Shown here piece by piece: positions 1-9,055 of a stretch of DNA of 32,000 nt. The translations under genes and the position numbers were made by a program. The DNA lies in contig OY780959.1 in NCBI GenBank assembly GCA_963675915.1, positions 2,010,001 to 2,042,000 of the forward strand, in the 5' to 3' direction. The notes under the pieces are model-generated. The model had not been told where the DNA came from, made no database searches, and saw nothing but the letters and a program-made list of their open reading frames with translations. This DNA is from Coprobacillaceae bacterium (GTDB taxonomy: Bacteria > Bacillota_I > Bacilli_A > Erysipelotrichales > Coprobacillaceae). The stretch's first letter is position 1. Each line of letters opens with the position of its first letter.

Positions 1-1
1 T

Positions 2-457
2 TGCAGAGTTCTTGATCAAGTGGTGAAGGTCATCATGAAATCAAATCGCTTCTTCATCTTTGCAGTTGGAGATTCCGGAATCACGGCGATGAACTTCATC
101 AATAAAATGGTCAAAATCGATTACTTTCCCATTTTGGCGACCGACAACCATGAAGAGGCATCAATTTGCAAAAACATGAGCCGAAGCGATTGCGCCCTTT
201 TTATCAGCTATCGCGCGAATTATGAATATCACCATAAATGCATAGAAATCTTGAATTCCAAATCCGTACCGGTGATTTCGCTTAGTGCTATCGAAAAAAG
301 CCCCCTGATAAAACGGAGTGATCTCGCCATCATAATTCCTGAACGTGAACATGGTCAGGATGAGAAAATTGCCACGTTCTATTCACAACTTGCCTTCCAG
401 TATGTTTTAAGCATTATATATTCATTGATTTACAAGAACAAATTCCATCAAAACTAA
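2..457 (+). CDS. RpiR-family transcriptional regulator, C-terminal SIS domain (5' end lies outside the window)
   Basis: The frame is open from the window edge (CRVLDQVVKVIMK...). SIS-like motifs are present (FIFAVGDSG, CALFISYRANY, PVISLS). The stop is followed by a hairpin terminator. Confidence 0.6.
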   Translation, partial: CRVLDQVVKVIMKSNRFFIFAVGDSGITAMNFINKMVKIDYFPILATDNHEEASICKNMSRSDCALFISYRANYEYHHKCIEILNSKSVPVISLSAIEKSPLIKRSDLAIIIPEREHGQDEKIATFYSQLAFQYVLSIIYSLIYKNKFHQN

Positions 458-467
458 AAATACATGC

Positions 468-502
468 AAAAAACTCAGGTGGCGAACCTGAGTTTTTTTT
501 TT
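468..502. terminator. Bidirectional rho-independent terminator between the RpiR-like gene and fruA
   Basis: Stem CTCAGGT(474-480)/ACCTGAG(486-492) with a 5-nt loop. It is flanked by an A-run (468-473) and a T10 run (493-502), so it reads as hairpin plus U-tract on both strands. Confidence 0.8.
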
Positions 503-535
503 GTGTTTATAAAGATAACTAGAGTATCGAATTTG

Positions 536-2458
536 TTATTTGTCTTTTTTCAGAATTGCCAGCAAAAACATTCCAACTGCTGAACCAGCTGCGATTGCCA
601 CCAAGTATAATAGTGGATTAGTGATTGTCGCAACAACGAAGATTCCCCCGTGAGGTGCTCTTAAAGTACAGTTGAATAACATTGACAATCCTCCAGCCAC
701 AGCCGAACCGGCGATGATTGATGGAATAACATGAATTGGATCAGCTGCTGCATACGGGATTGCTCCTTCAGTGATGAATGAAAGCCCCATGATGTAGTTA
801 GTTAAACCTGATTTTCTTTCACTTTCAGTAAATTTCTTAGGGAAGAAAGTAGTTGCCAGAGCGATAGCTAATGGTGGAACCATCCCACCTGCCATTACCG
901 CAGCCATAATATCGAAATTTCCGGATTCAATTGAAGCCAGACCGAATACATAAGCGGCTTTATTGATTGGACCACCCATATCGACAGCCATCATGGCCCC
1001 TAAAATGATTCCTAACAACAATCTTGAAGAAGATCCCATTGAATCAAGGAATCCAGTGATTCCTACGTTGATACTCGCGAAAACCGGATTTACTAACAGC
1101 ATTACTAATCCGATAATAAGTGTACCGAATAGTGGATAAATCAAAGTTGGTTTGGTACCTTCCAATGCACTTGGTAATTTATCACTGATCTTTTTAAGGA
1201 AATTAACTGCATACCCAGCGAAGAACCCGGCAAATAATGCTCCCAGGAACCCACCTGAAATAGCAGCACCTGTTCCCGCTAAGGAACTGAATGATGTCCC
1301 GGCAGCGGCCAATGCCCCACCGACAAAACCTGGTGCCATACCTGGACGGTCAGCGATAGATTGAGCGATGAATCCTGACAATACCGGCAGCATGAATCCG
1401 AATGCAACTCCTCCGATTCCCGCTTTTAAGATATTGGCAATAAGAGAGTTTCCACCGAACGACGCATAATTTGATGCATTTGTATAAGGCATATCGAATA
1501 GGAATGCCAGGGCAATCAAAATCCCACCACCGATTACGAATGGCAACATATTACTTACACCGTTCATCAGATGTTTATAGATTTGACGTCCGAATGATTC
1601 GTTTTCATCACTTTCGAAGGAACTGTCAGCTCCACCGGTATGATGATAAACTTTACCTTCTCCAGCCATTGCTTTTTCAACAAGTTCTTTGGCATCGTGG
1701 ATACCTTTGGCAACTGGCACCGAAATCACTTTCTTACCTTCGAATCTTGCCATTGCAACATTCTTGTCAGCCGCGATAATTATCGCATCAGCTTCAGCAA
1801 TATCCTTTTTAGTCAGCGCATTTTTGACTCCACCAGATCCATCAGTTTCAATTTTTACTGTGTATCCCATTTCTTTGGCAGCATTCTCCAAAGCCTCTTG
1901 AGCCATATATGTATGGGCAATTCCAGTAGGACAAGCAGTCACTCCGACTACCTGAATTTTACCTTCAACCGGTACAGCTTTTTGAGATTCTTTGTTTTCT
2001 TGAACTGATTCCTGTTCATCAATCAAAGCCAGGAACTCTGATTGAGACTGAGCATTGATCAAACGGGCTCTGAAACCTTCATCCATCAACATTTGTGACA
2101 ATCTTGCCAATACTGCAAGGTGGACATCGCCACCATCTTTTGGTGCTGCAATCATGAACAATAGTTTAGCTGGATTTCCATCCAATGATTCAAAATCAAC
2201 ACCATCTTTGACTACCATTGCAGTAAGAGCCGCACTGGTAACACCACTTGATTGACCATGAGGAATAGCCACACCTTCACCGATTCCGGTAGTCGACAGC
2301 GCTTCACGGTCCATAACAGCTTGTTTGTAAGCCGCCATATCACTGATATTTCCGACTTTTTCCATTGCTGCAAACAATTCATCCATCGCTTCCGCTTTGG
2401 TACTTGGATTCGCACTTAATATTATCGAATCACTTTTTAACAAATCTCTAATTTTCAT
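536..2458 (-). CDS. fruA: PTS fructose transporter, fused IIA-IIB-IIC
   Basis: Contains the IIA motif GVAIPHG, the IIB motif VTACPTGIAHT, and a long glycine-rich polytopic IIC region. The ATG at 2458 sits 6 nt after AAGGAGA. The ORF-track start at 2464 abuts the SD, so 2458 is preferred. Confidence 0.9.
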   Translation of the reverse strand: MKIRDLLKSDSIILSANPSTKAEAMDELFAAMEKVGNISDMAAYKQAVMDREALSTTGIGEGVAIPHGQSSGVTSAALTAMVVKDGVDFESLDGNPAKLLFMIAAPKDGGDVHLAVLARLSQMLMDEGFRARLINAQSQSEFLALIDEQESVQENKESQKAVPVEGKIQVVGVTACPTGIAHTYMAQEALENAAKEMGYTVKIETDGSGGVKNALTKKDIAEADAIIIAADKNVAMARFEGKKVISVPVAKGIHDAKELVEKAMAGEGKVYHHTGGADSSFESDENESFGRQIYKHLMNGVSNMLPFVIGGGILIALAFLFDMPYTNASNYASFGGNSLIANILKAGIGGVAFGFMLPVLSGFIAQSIADRPGMAPGFVGGALAAAGTSFSSLAGTGAAISGGFLGALFAGFFAGYAVNFLKKISDKLPSALEGTKPTLIYPLFGTLIIGLVMLLVNPVFASINVGITGFLDSMGSSSRLLLGIILGAMMAVDMGGPINKAAYVFGLASIESGNFDIMAAVMAGGMVPPLAIALATTFFPKKFTESERKSGLTNYIMGLSFITEGAIPYAAADPIHVIPSIIAGSAVAGGLSMLFNCTLRAPHGGIFVVATITNPLLYLVAIAAGSAVGMFLLAILKKDK

Positions 2459-2518
2459 GAACATTCTCCTTATATTTTTGATTCTTGCAAACTATACTAA
2501 TACTCTTTCCAACTTATA

Positions 2519-3427
2519 TTATTTTTCCAATTGTTTTTTCAATTCTTCAACTTCTTCTTTTGTTGCCAGATTTCGCGAAAAAGCTGAGGCCGACCCGGTG
2601 CAAATTCCGTTGATAAAGGCCTTTTCTAAATCCTTGGTTTCCAGATAACCGGCAATAAACCCGGCTACCAATGAATCTCCGGCCCCAACTGAATTAACCA
2701 ATTTTCCTTTTGGTGTCTCACTGTACGCTACTTCGCCGTTTTCTCCAACCAAGATAGCTCCTTCTCCAGCCATGGATACCACAACATTGCGGGCTCCCAT
2801 TCCCTGCAACTTTTTTGCTAATTCAATGATATCATCATTGTTTTTAACTTCAGCGTCGAATAATTCAGCAATTTCATGATGATTAGGTTTGATCATGAAT
2901 GGCTTATACTTCAATGTAGCCGTCAATGAATCACCTGTTGCGTCAACTATGAAATCAACACCTTTATCCTGCAATCTCAAAATTATGTCTTCGTAAATTG
3001 TTTGGGGCAAACTGCTTGGTATATTCCCCGATAGCACCAACAAGTCCGAACTTTCTAATTTGTCCAGTTGCGCATACAGTGCCTTGATATCGGAATCTTC
3101 AACCACCGGTCCCATTCCGTTAATTTCGGTTTCTTCTGCTGCTTTGATTTTCACATTAATTCGTGAATGACCTTTTGGAAGTTTTATGAAATCGCATTTG
3201 ACTCCATGTTCAACCAATTCTCTTTGAATCTCTTCTCCTGTAAATCCTGCCAGAAATCCCAATGCGGTAGACTCCACTCCGAGATTTTTCAACACGATTG
3301 ACACATTGATTCCTTTTCCACCGGCCAGGATATAATCATCCTTGGTTCGATTGACCTCACTAACTTTCAACTCATCTAAAAACACACTGTAATCAAGTGC
3401 CGGATTAAACGTCAACGTATAAATCAT
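2519..3427 (-). CDS. fruK: 1-phosphofructokinase (PfkB family)
   Basis: N-terminus MIYTLTFNPALDY, GGKGINV, and the C-terminal pfkB signature GAGDSLVAG. It overlaps the fruR stop by 4 nt. Confidence 0.9.
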   Translation of the reverse strand: MIYTLTFNPALDYSVFLDELKVSEVNRTKDDYILAGGKGINVSIVLKNLGVESTALGFLAGFTGEEIQRELVEHGVKCDFIKLPKGHSRINVKIKAAEETEINGMGPVVEDSDIKALYAQLDKLESSDLLVLSGNIPSSLPQTIYEDIILRLQDKGVDFIVDATGDSLTATLKYKPFMIKPNHHEIAELFDAEVKNNDDIIELAKKLQGMGARNVVVSMAGEGAILVGENGEVAYSETPKGKLVNSVGAGDSLVAGFIAGYLETKDLEKAFINGICTGSASAFSRNLATKEEVEELKKQLEK

Positions 3428-4176
3428 TTAACCTCTATAACCTCCGTTTTCTCTAATATCCTTTTATTAGGTTTTTTATCTGTGATAATTATTGCTTTTT
3501 CAATAGGCGCAAATGTAACCATGCTTCGATTTCCAAATTTGGAATGATCACAAAGGACATATGCCTCCCGGGATTTGCTTAACGCCATCTCCTTGACACT
3601 TCCTTCGGCAGGTTCTGGAGTCATATAACCCCTTTCCGCCGTCACACCATTGGTTCCAAAAAATCCCTTGGTGAAATTGTATCGCCACAGTGATCGTACC
3701 GCTTCGCCGCCAACGACAGCTTCAGTATCACTTTTAAGCACTCCGCCAAGAAGATACGCATTCAATTTTGCTGCAGCCAATGCCTGGGCTTGCTTCAATC
3801 CATTAGTGACGAATGTCGCTTTCGAATCTATCAAAAACTCTATCATCATGTATGTCGAGGTACCGGCATCAATAAATACCAGGTCATCATCCTCGACCAG
3901 ATTTGCGGCATACTTTCCAATTCTCAACTTAGCCTCAAGATTCTGAGTCGACCTTACTGTGAAATAGTCGTCTCTTGCAACAAGATTTGATGTATCCTCA
4001 CAGCTTCGGGCACCTCCGAACACCTTGACAAGTTTACCTTCCCGATCCAGTTCATTTAGATCGCGACGAATGGTCGACTTGGATGTATCAAGAAAATCCA
4101 CCAGTTCACTTATGGTTATTGACTGCCTTTCGTTAACTAGTTTGACGATCAAAGTCTTTCTGTCAGCTCCGAGCAT
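3424..4176 (-). CDS. fruR: DeoR-family transcriptional repressor of the fructose operon
   Basis: N-terminal HTH (ITISELVDFLDTSKSTIRRDLNEL) plus a DeoR C-terminal sensor domain. SD GAGGTGAGG lies upstream of the ATG. It is the first gene of fruR-fruK-fruA. Confidence 0.85.
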   Translation of the reverse strand: MLGADRKTLIVKLVNERQSITISELVDFLDTSKSTIRRDLNELDREGKLVKVFGGARSCEDTSNLVARDDYFTVRSTQNLEAKLRIGKYAANLVEDDDLVFIDAGTSTYMMIEFLIDSKATFVTNGLKQAQALAAAKLNAYLLGGVLKSDTEAVVGGEAVRSLWRYNFTKGFFGTNGVTAERGYMTPEPAEGSVKEMALSKSREAYVLCDHSKFGNRSMVTFAPIEKAIIITDKKPNKRILEKTEVIEVK

Positions 4177-4195
4177 AACCTCACCTCACAACCAC

Positions 4196-4224
4196 AGTAT
4201 ACCGCTTACATTTACCGTAGTCAA
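4196..4224 (-). promoter_or_regulatory. Candidate sigma-A promoter of fruRKA (TTGACT-17-TATACT)
   Basis: The minus strand reads gcTTGACTacggtaaatgtaagcggTATACTgtgg, about 20 nt upstream of the fruR ATG. Confidence 0.5.
4197..4210 (-). promoter_or_regulatory. cre-like CcpA site overlapping the fruR -10 region
   Basis: Minus strand TGTAAGCGGTATAC matches cre consensus TGWAANCGNTNWCA at 12 of 14 positions. The last two positions are AC instead of CA. Confidence 0.35.
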
Positions 4225-4351
4225 GCACAAAAGTTCAAAAAAGTTCAAATAATTGATTAAAATTGGTTTATTTTGGTGTTGATTGGTTGATTTTTGACCA
4301 TTTTACAATCGAGTAGGAGGAAATAAATAAAATTTTATTTCCGACCTCTCA

Positions 4352-4385
4352 CACCACCGTACGTGCCGTCCGGCATACGGCGGTT
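4352..4385 (-). ncRNA. Group II intron domain V (catalytic hairpin)
   Basis: Minus strand AACCGCCGUAUGCCGGACGGCACGUACGGUGGUG. It is a 34-nt hairpin with a IIC-type CGC triad and differs at only a few positions from O. iheyensis DV. Confidence 0.8.
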
Positions 4386-4390
4386 TAAAT

Positions 4391-5674
4391 CTATACTAAA
4401 ATATGTTTTAACTGATATTGGTCTAGCAGTGATGCTAGACCATTTCTTTTGAGTACTTTGTTTGTTATTTTGGTTCGCAGAAACGTGCTTGCACAGCGGG
4501 CATATGATTTCCTGGAATTTGACCATGATTCATATTGCCATCTTTGGGCCCCTAGTTTTCTCAACTGTTTTCTACGGTTCTTGATGGTTTTCCATTTCTT
4601 CCACAGGTACATTCGGATTCTAAATCTAATCCAGCCATCCAGTCTTGCACATTTGGATTTGAAATTTCCGATTCGGTAGTAATTGATCCACCCGACAATA
4701 AGTTGCCTTATTTTCATTCGGCGAAATTCCCATGATACTGACCAACTTCTATTAGTCAGTTCTCTGAGCTTATCTTTCAAGATAGCTATTGATTTAGCAT
4801 GTGGTTTGGCTTTCCATGACTGGCTGAAGTTGTCATAATAGAATCCAAATCCCAAGTATTTGATATCATTTGGTTTGGATACTTTGCTTTTGGTCATGTT
4901 GACCTTGAGCCCCAACTTCTTTTCAATGAACTTTCGCACATTCTCCATAACTCTATCTGCAGCTTTACTGCTACCGACAAATATCATGCAGTCATCAGCG
5001 TACCTAGTAAAATGCAACCCTCTAGCCTCCAATTCTTTGTCGAGTTCGTTAAGGACGATATTACTCAACAATGGACTCAACGGCCCTCCTTGGCTTGATC
5101 CGATTATTGACTCTTTGTATTCTCCATCAATGCTTATTCCACTTACCAGGAATTTTCTTATCAGTGATACAATTTCACCATTCTTGACATCTTTCATGAT
5201 TAAGGTAATCAATTTATCGTGGTTGATGTTATCAAAGAATTTCTCCAAGTCAATGTCAACAATCCATTGGAAACCATCATTCATGTATTCCAATGATTTG
5301 ATGATTGCCATCTCACAATTTCTATTAGGTCTAAAACCGTAGCTGTTATCGCTGAACAAGGGTTCATAGATAGGAATCAATACCTGGGCGATGGCTTGTT
5401 GAACGAACCTGTCGAGCACTGTTGGCACTCCTAGGTTTCTAACTCCACCATCTAGTTTAGGTATTTCCACTCTTAATACAGGCTGTGGTTTGTATTTCCT
5501 GTTTTGTATCATTTCCTTTATTTCATCAAGATGTTCATCGAGATGTCCTTTGAGGTCCAATACTTTCATTCCATCAACGCCACTAGCACCTTTGTTTCGT
5601 TTTACTTGGGTATATGCCTTTTTGAGATTGATATCACTAAGCATTTCTTCAAGTAATGTGTTATCAGTATTCAT
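4391..5674 (-). CDS. Group II intron reverse transcriptase/maturase (no En/HNH domain)
   Basis: RT0 motif LLEEMLSDINLKKAY..NKGASGVDG, catalytic YADD (FTRYADDCMIF), and maturase X motif GWINYYRIGN. The ATG at 5674 has GGAGG 10 nt upstream. The ORF-track start at 5788 is probably an in-frame read-through of intron RNA. Confidence 0.9.
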   Translation of the reverse strand: MNTDNTLLEEMLSDINLKKAYTQVKRNKGASGVDGMKVLDLKGHLDEHLDEIKEMIQNRKYKPQPVLRVEIPKLDGGVRNLGVPTVLDRFVQQAIAQVLIPIYEPLFSDNSYGFRPNRNCEMAIIKSLEYMNDGFQWIVDIDLEKFFDNINHDKLITLIMKDVKNGEIVSLIRKFLVSGISIDGEYKESIIGSSQGGPLSPLLSNIVLNELDKELEARGLHFTRYADDCMIFVGSSKAADRVMENVRKFIEKKLGLKVNMTKSKVSKPNDIKYLGFGFYYDNFSQSWKAKPHAKSIAILKDKLRELTNRSWSVSWEFRRMKIRQLIVGWINYYRIGNFKSKCARLDGWIRFRIRMYLWKKWKTIKNRRKQLRKLGAQRWQYESWSNSRKSYARCASTFLRTKITNKVLKRNGLASLLDQYQLKHILV

Positions 5675-6199
5675 ATTTCCGTTACCTCCATTGATTTCGC
5701 TATTCATCAGGCTCACTTCCCCTACATTCTTCTTTCGGGCCTTGATAGTGTGTTCGTCTGTCTTTGAGGTTTCGCGCGATGAAATCAAGCCTAATTTTAA
5801 TAACTGATAGATTCATTCAGTCCTTCACTCCATGGCCATTACAGCCACTTCTTCGCTACTACGACGTCTGCTGACTTCTTGCGATTCGTTGTTACTAGGA
5901 TTGCTCCCTCGCAAGATCTCCCGGGATAAGGTCATATCTCTTTCACCCCATATATCCGCCACATTTACATGTAATAGTTGTATTCCGCAACCTCTTATGA
6001 CTTCGCGTTGTTTGGCACGCTCGTCCCCATTACCTGCCTGATATGTGATTTGTGTACCTCGGACCAGGGTTTTGCCTCCATCTTCTTTCAGATTCCACCT
6101 CACGATGGACACCCTTGATATTGGCTAGTGGTTGGCAGTTGCGACGTCACCCCCACAGTGGACTTTCACCACCTAGATATATGCCATGCCCGGCATACC

Positions 6200-6220
6200 A
6201 AAAAAGCTGCCAATGGCAGC
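6200..6220 (-). terminator. Rho-independent terminator of malQ, used as the IIC intron homing site
   Basis: The minus strand reads TAA-GCTGCCAtTGGCAGC-TTTTTT immediately after the malQ stop. The intron 5' end follows one nt later. Confidence 0.8.
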
Positions 6221-7762
6221 TTATCTGTTCGTTTTTTTGATGATATCACGGGTATATTTGACATTTTCGACCAACTCGTCAAAATCGAGTAATTTCCACG
6301 ACCAGTTCAAATCGGATACTGTTCCGGGAAGATTAAATCTTGTTTCCTCTCCCTTGCCAAGCATATCCTGAATCTGTACTATTGCAATATTCGCATCGCA
6401 TGCAAATGTCCGATAATAGACTTTCTCATTGAAATTATCCCCCGGATATTGAAGTGAATCCAGGATATCCTCAATTCGCAGTTTTTCATTCAGCGGCAAT
6501 TCTGATTCCCAGCCTTGCAAAGGATTATTATCATGGGTACCTGAATAGGCTATACACCATTTGGGAATGACATAGAATTCTCTTTCTTCCTTTTCTCCAA
6601 ATCCGTATTGGATAATTCTCATCCCCATCAGATGGTAATGATCTCGAAGATAGTGAACCTGATCACGCAGGTCGCCAAGATCCTCAACCACAATATTGAT
6701 ATCCGGAAGCTCCTGATAAAGGTGATCGAAGAAATCGTAACTTGGACCTTCAACCCAGATTCCGTTTCGGGCAGTTTTTTCATCAGCCGAAACCTTCCAA
6801 TATGTATCAAACGCCCGGTAATGATCGATTCTAAGAATATCGAAGACCTCATTGTTCCAACTTAGTCGCTCCATCCAGAACTTGTAACCGTTGCTTTTCA
6901 TGTTATCCCAATCATAGAGCGGATGGCCCCATAGCTGACCGTCATCGCTGAAATAATCAGGGGATGCCCCGGAAATAAATAATGATTGATTATCCTGATC
7001 CAGCATGAAATCCTTACGATTGAAATATACATCAACCGAATCCAATCCAACATAGAAGGGAATATCTCCCATTATAGCAATATCATGTTTGTGGGCCCAT
7101 TCTTTAAGCATATTGAACTGATAGTAGAAAACAAATTGAACGAACTTATGGTATTCGACCTCATCTTCAAGAAAATCAACATCGCAATTCTCAAGATACT
7201 GTACCGGCCATTTCGGCCACTTTTCCCGATCAAGATAACGATTGAGAGCCATGAATTTGGCATATCCTTCGAGCCAGAATGTAGTATCCACAAATTCCTG
7301 ATAGCTATCCTTTAATGTATCGCTGTCGGAAAGTTTGAATTTGGCATAGGCCAATTTCAAATAGGCATCTTTGAACGAGCGGATACTCCCGTAATCGACT
7401 CGGGTCGCGTCTTCATTCCAATTTACAACACTGTCAAGCAAACCGTCTTTGATCAGCAATTCCAGTGAAATATAGATTTCATCACCCGCAAAAGAAGAAT
7501 AAGGTGTATAGGGTGAATTGCTGTCCGACGAAGGATTAAACGGCAATATTTGCCATATCTTGAATCCAGTTGCTGCAATTATCTCAATAAAATCGTAAGC
7601 CGATGTTCCCAAATCGCCGATTCCATGACGACCCGGGAGGGCAAATAAAGGCTGGAGCAATCCTGCCTGTCTTATATTTAAGTCACCAAATTTTTCCATA
7701 ACATATCCCTGTTCTTCCAATATTTTAGCTTTTTGTCTGTTATTATGTGACTGGGTTTCCAA
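6221..7762 (-). CDS. malQ: 4-alpha-glucanotransferase (amylomaltase)
   Basis: GH77-like N-terminus (AGLLQPLFALPGRHGIGDLG) and conserved blocks RIDHYRAF, GDIPFYV and TGTHDN-like YSGTHDNNP. The track start at 7762 is TTG with no SD. The ATG at 7699 (MEKFGDL...) is an alternative start. Confidence 0.88.
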   Translation of the reverse strand: METQSHNNRQKAKILEEQGYVMEKFGDLNIRQAGLLQPLFALPGRHGIGDLGTSAYDFIEIIAATGFKIWQILPFNPSSDSNSPYTPYSSFAGDEIYISLELLIKDGLLDSVVNWNEDATRVDYGSIRSFKDAYLKLAYAKFKLSDSDTLKDSYQEFVDTTFWLEGYAKFMALNRYLDREKWPKWPVQYLENCDVDFLEDEVEYHKFVQFVFYYQFNMLKEWAHKHDIAIMGDIPFYVGLDSVDVYFNRKDFMLDQDNQSLFISGASPDYFSDDGQLWGHPLYDWDNMKSNGYKFWMERLSWNNEVFDILRIDHYRAFDTYWKVSADEKTARNGIWVEGPSYDFFDHLYQELPDINIVVEDLGDLRDQVHYLRDHYHLMGMRIIQYGFGEKEEREFYVIPKWCIAYSGTHDNNPLQGWESELPLNEKLRIEDILDSLQYPGDNFNEKVYYRTFACDANIAIVQIQDMLGKGEETRFNLPGTVSDLNWSWKLLDFDELVENVKYTRDIIKKTNR

Positions 7763-7772
7763 TCAAGCCAGC

Positions 7773-8885
7773 CTAGTAAATTGCCTCGTCCGTCACTTTG
7801 TCAAAATAATGAAGCTTGTTTGGATCAAAGACAAATGTTTCCTCGCTATTTATCTGTACTTTGCACCCTGGAGTAGTTCGGGCAATCAGTTTTGTGTCAT
7901 TTATCATGAAATGAAGGAATGTGTCCGAACCGAGAATTTCCACCCGATCAACATGGGCTCTTACCTTCGTATCCGGAGAAGCCATGACGCATACCTGGTC
8001 TTCATGAATGTCCTCAGGACGGATTCCAATCACTATTTCCTTACCCTCGTATCCAAGTCCAGCCAACCGTTCTCCATGTTTTTTCATGGGCTTGATCACC
8101 GTGCCATCGTCGAGCTCAAATATGGTTTCACCTGCCATCCTCTTAACCACGGCATTAATCAAATTCATTTGTGGTGATCCGATAAACGTTGCCACAAACT
8201 TGTTTTTAGGGCGATTGAAGATAGCGGATGGAGTATCAATCTGTTGAATCAACCCTTCATTCATAACTACTATTCGAGTCCCCAATGTCATTGCCTCGGT
8301 CTGGTCATGAGTCACCAGGATGACTGTTGTGGCGGTTTCATTGTGAATTTTAACCAATTCTCCGCGCATTTGATCTCGTAGCTTTGCATCAAGATTTGAT
8401 AGAGGCTCATCCATCAGCAAAATCTTCGGCTTGCGCACCAGCGCCCTTCCGATGGCTACCCGTTGGCGTTGCCCCCCGGAAAGTGATCGCGGTTTCCGGA
8501 ACAACAAATCGGAGATATTAAGGATTTCTGCAACTTCGCGTACTTCGCGGTCGCTTTGATCTTTGGTCAACTTTCGTAATTTCAGTCCAAAGGCAATATT
8601 GCGGTATACTGTCATATGCGGATACAGACCGTAATTTTGGAATACCATAGCGATATCACGATCTTTGGGTTTGATCTCATTGACGATCATACCATCAATT
8701 TCGACTTCACCGGAAGTGATCGACTCCAATCCTGCAATCATCCTGAGGGTCGTCGACTTGCCACATCCTGATGGACCGACAAAAATTATAAATTCCCGGT
8801 CTTCAATATCGATATTGAAGTCTTTGACTGCTTCGCTGCCGTTGGGATAAGTCTTATAAACATTTCTCAATTTCAAATTGACCAT
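7773..8885 (-). CDS. Sugar ABC transporter ATP-binding protein (MsmK/MsmX/MalK type)
   Basis: Walker A GPSGCGKST, signature LSGGQRQRV, Walker B ILLMDEPLSNLD, and a C-terminal TOBE/MalK-like regulatory domain. SD AAGGGGG lies upstream of the ATG. Confidence 0.85.
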   Translation of the reverse strand: MVNLKLRNVYKTYPNGSEAVKDFNIDIEDREFIIFVGPSGCGKSTTLRMIAGLESITSGEVEIDGMIVNEIKPKDRDIAMVFQNYGLYPHMTVYRNIAFGLKLRKLTKDQSDREVREVAEILNISDLLFRKPRSLSGGQRQRVAIGRALVRKPKILLMDEPLSNLDAKLRDQMRGELVKIHNETATTVILVTHDQTEAMTLGTRIVVMNEGLIQQIDTPSAIFNRPKNKFVATFIGSPQMNLINAVVKRMAGETIFELDDGTVIKPMKKHGERLAGLGYEGKEIVIGIRPEDIHEDQVCVMASPDTKVRAHVDRVEILGSDTFLHFMINDTKLIARTTPGCKVQINSEETFVFDPNKLHYFDKVTDEAIY

Positions 8886-9055
8886 CTCAAAATTACCCCC
8901 TTAATTTGATTATAATAAAATTGGCATAAAAATGATATATTTCTTTTAAATTTGTTACTTCGAACAATGTACACTAATGTTTCTTTTTACATTTTTGAGA
9001 ATTAAATTCTTGAATCAACTTGATTTTTTATGTTATCATTAAATAGGTGAATACT

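Larger units (their letters stand above)
4313..6198 (-). mobile_element. Group II intron, bacterial class C (IIC), full length with intact IEP
   Basis: The 5' end reads GUAUGCCGGGCAUGGCAUA...GGUGAAAGUCC...CAAGGGUGUCC...GGAAUCUGAA...GAAGUCAGCAGA. Domain V is CCGCCGUAUGCCGGACGGCACGUACGGUGG. A domain VI hairpin ends ...CCUAC. All of these align by eye with the O. iheyensis IIC intron. Boundaries are +/- 2 nt. Confidence 0.85.

Noticed and set aside
4860-5342. 160-aa plus-strand ORF antisense to the intron RT. Similar long antisense ORFs occur at 25828-26343 (opposite ychF), 1640-2008 (opposite fruA), 3650-3946, 22423-22776 and 12117-12467.
   Set aside because: Each lies wholly inside a well-supported gene on the other strand. 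They have no SD or promoter, and their composition is low-complexity Ser/Leu/Phe-rich, as expected for shadow ORFs.
4391-5788. The possibility that the reverse transcriptase belongs to a retron, DGR or Abi-type defence system.
   Set aside because: The RT carries the maturase X motif GWINYYR and sits inside a complete DI-DVI ribozyme with canonical domain V. There is no msr/msd-like repeat, no template/variable repeat pair, and no accessory effector gene.
5825-6112. 95-aa minus-strand ORF upstream of the RT gene.
   Set aside because: It falls in intron domain I, whose sequence aligns block-by-block with the O. iheyensis IIC ribozyme. It is structured RNA, not coding sequence.
8886-9046. Search for a cre or LacI-type operator in the msmK/GNAT divergent promoter region (TGTTACTTCGAACA).
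   Set aside because: The central CG of the cre consensus is missing on both strands. Only a short TTGTT-N6-AACAA symmetry remains.
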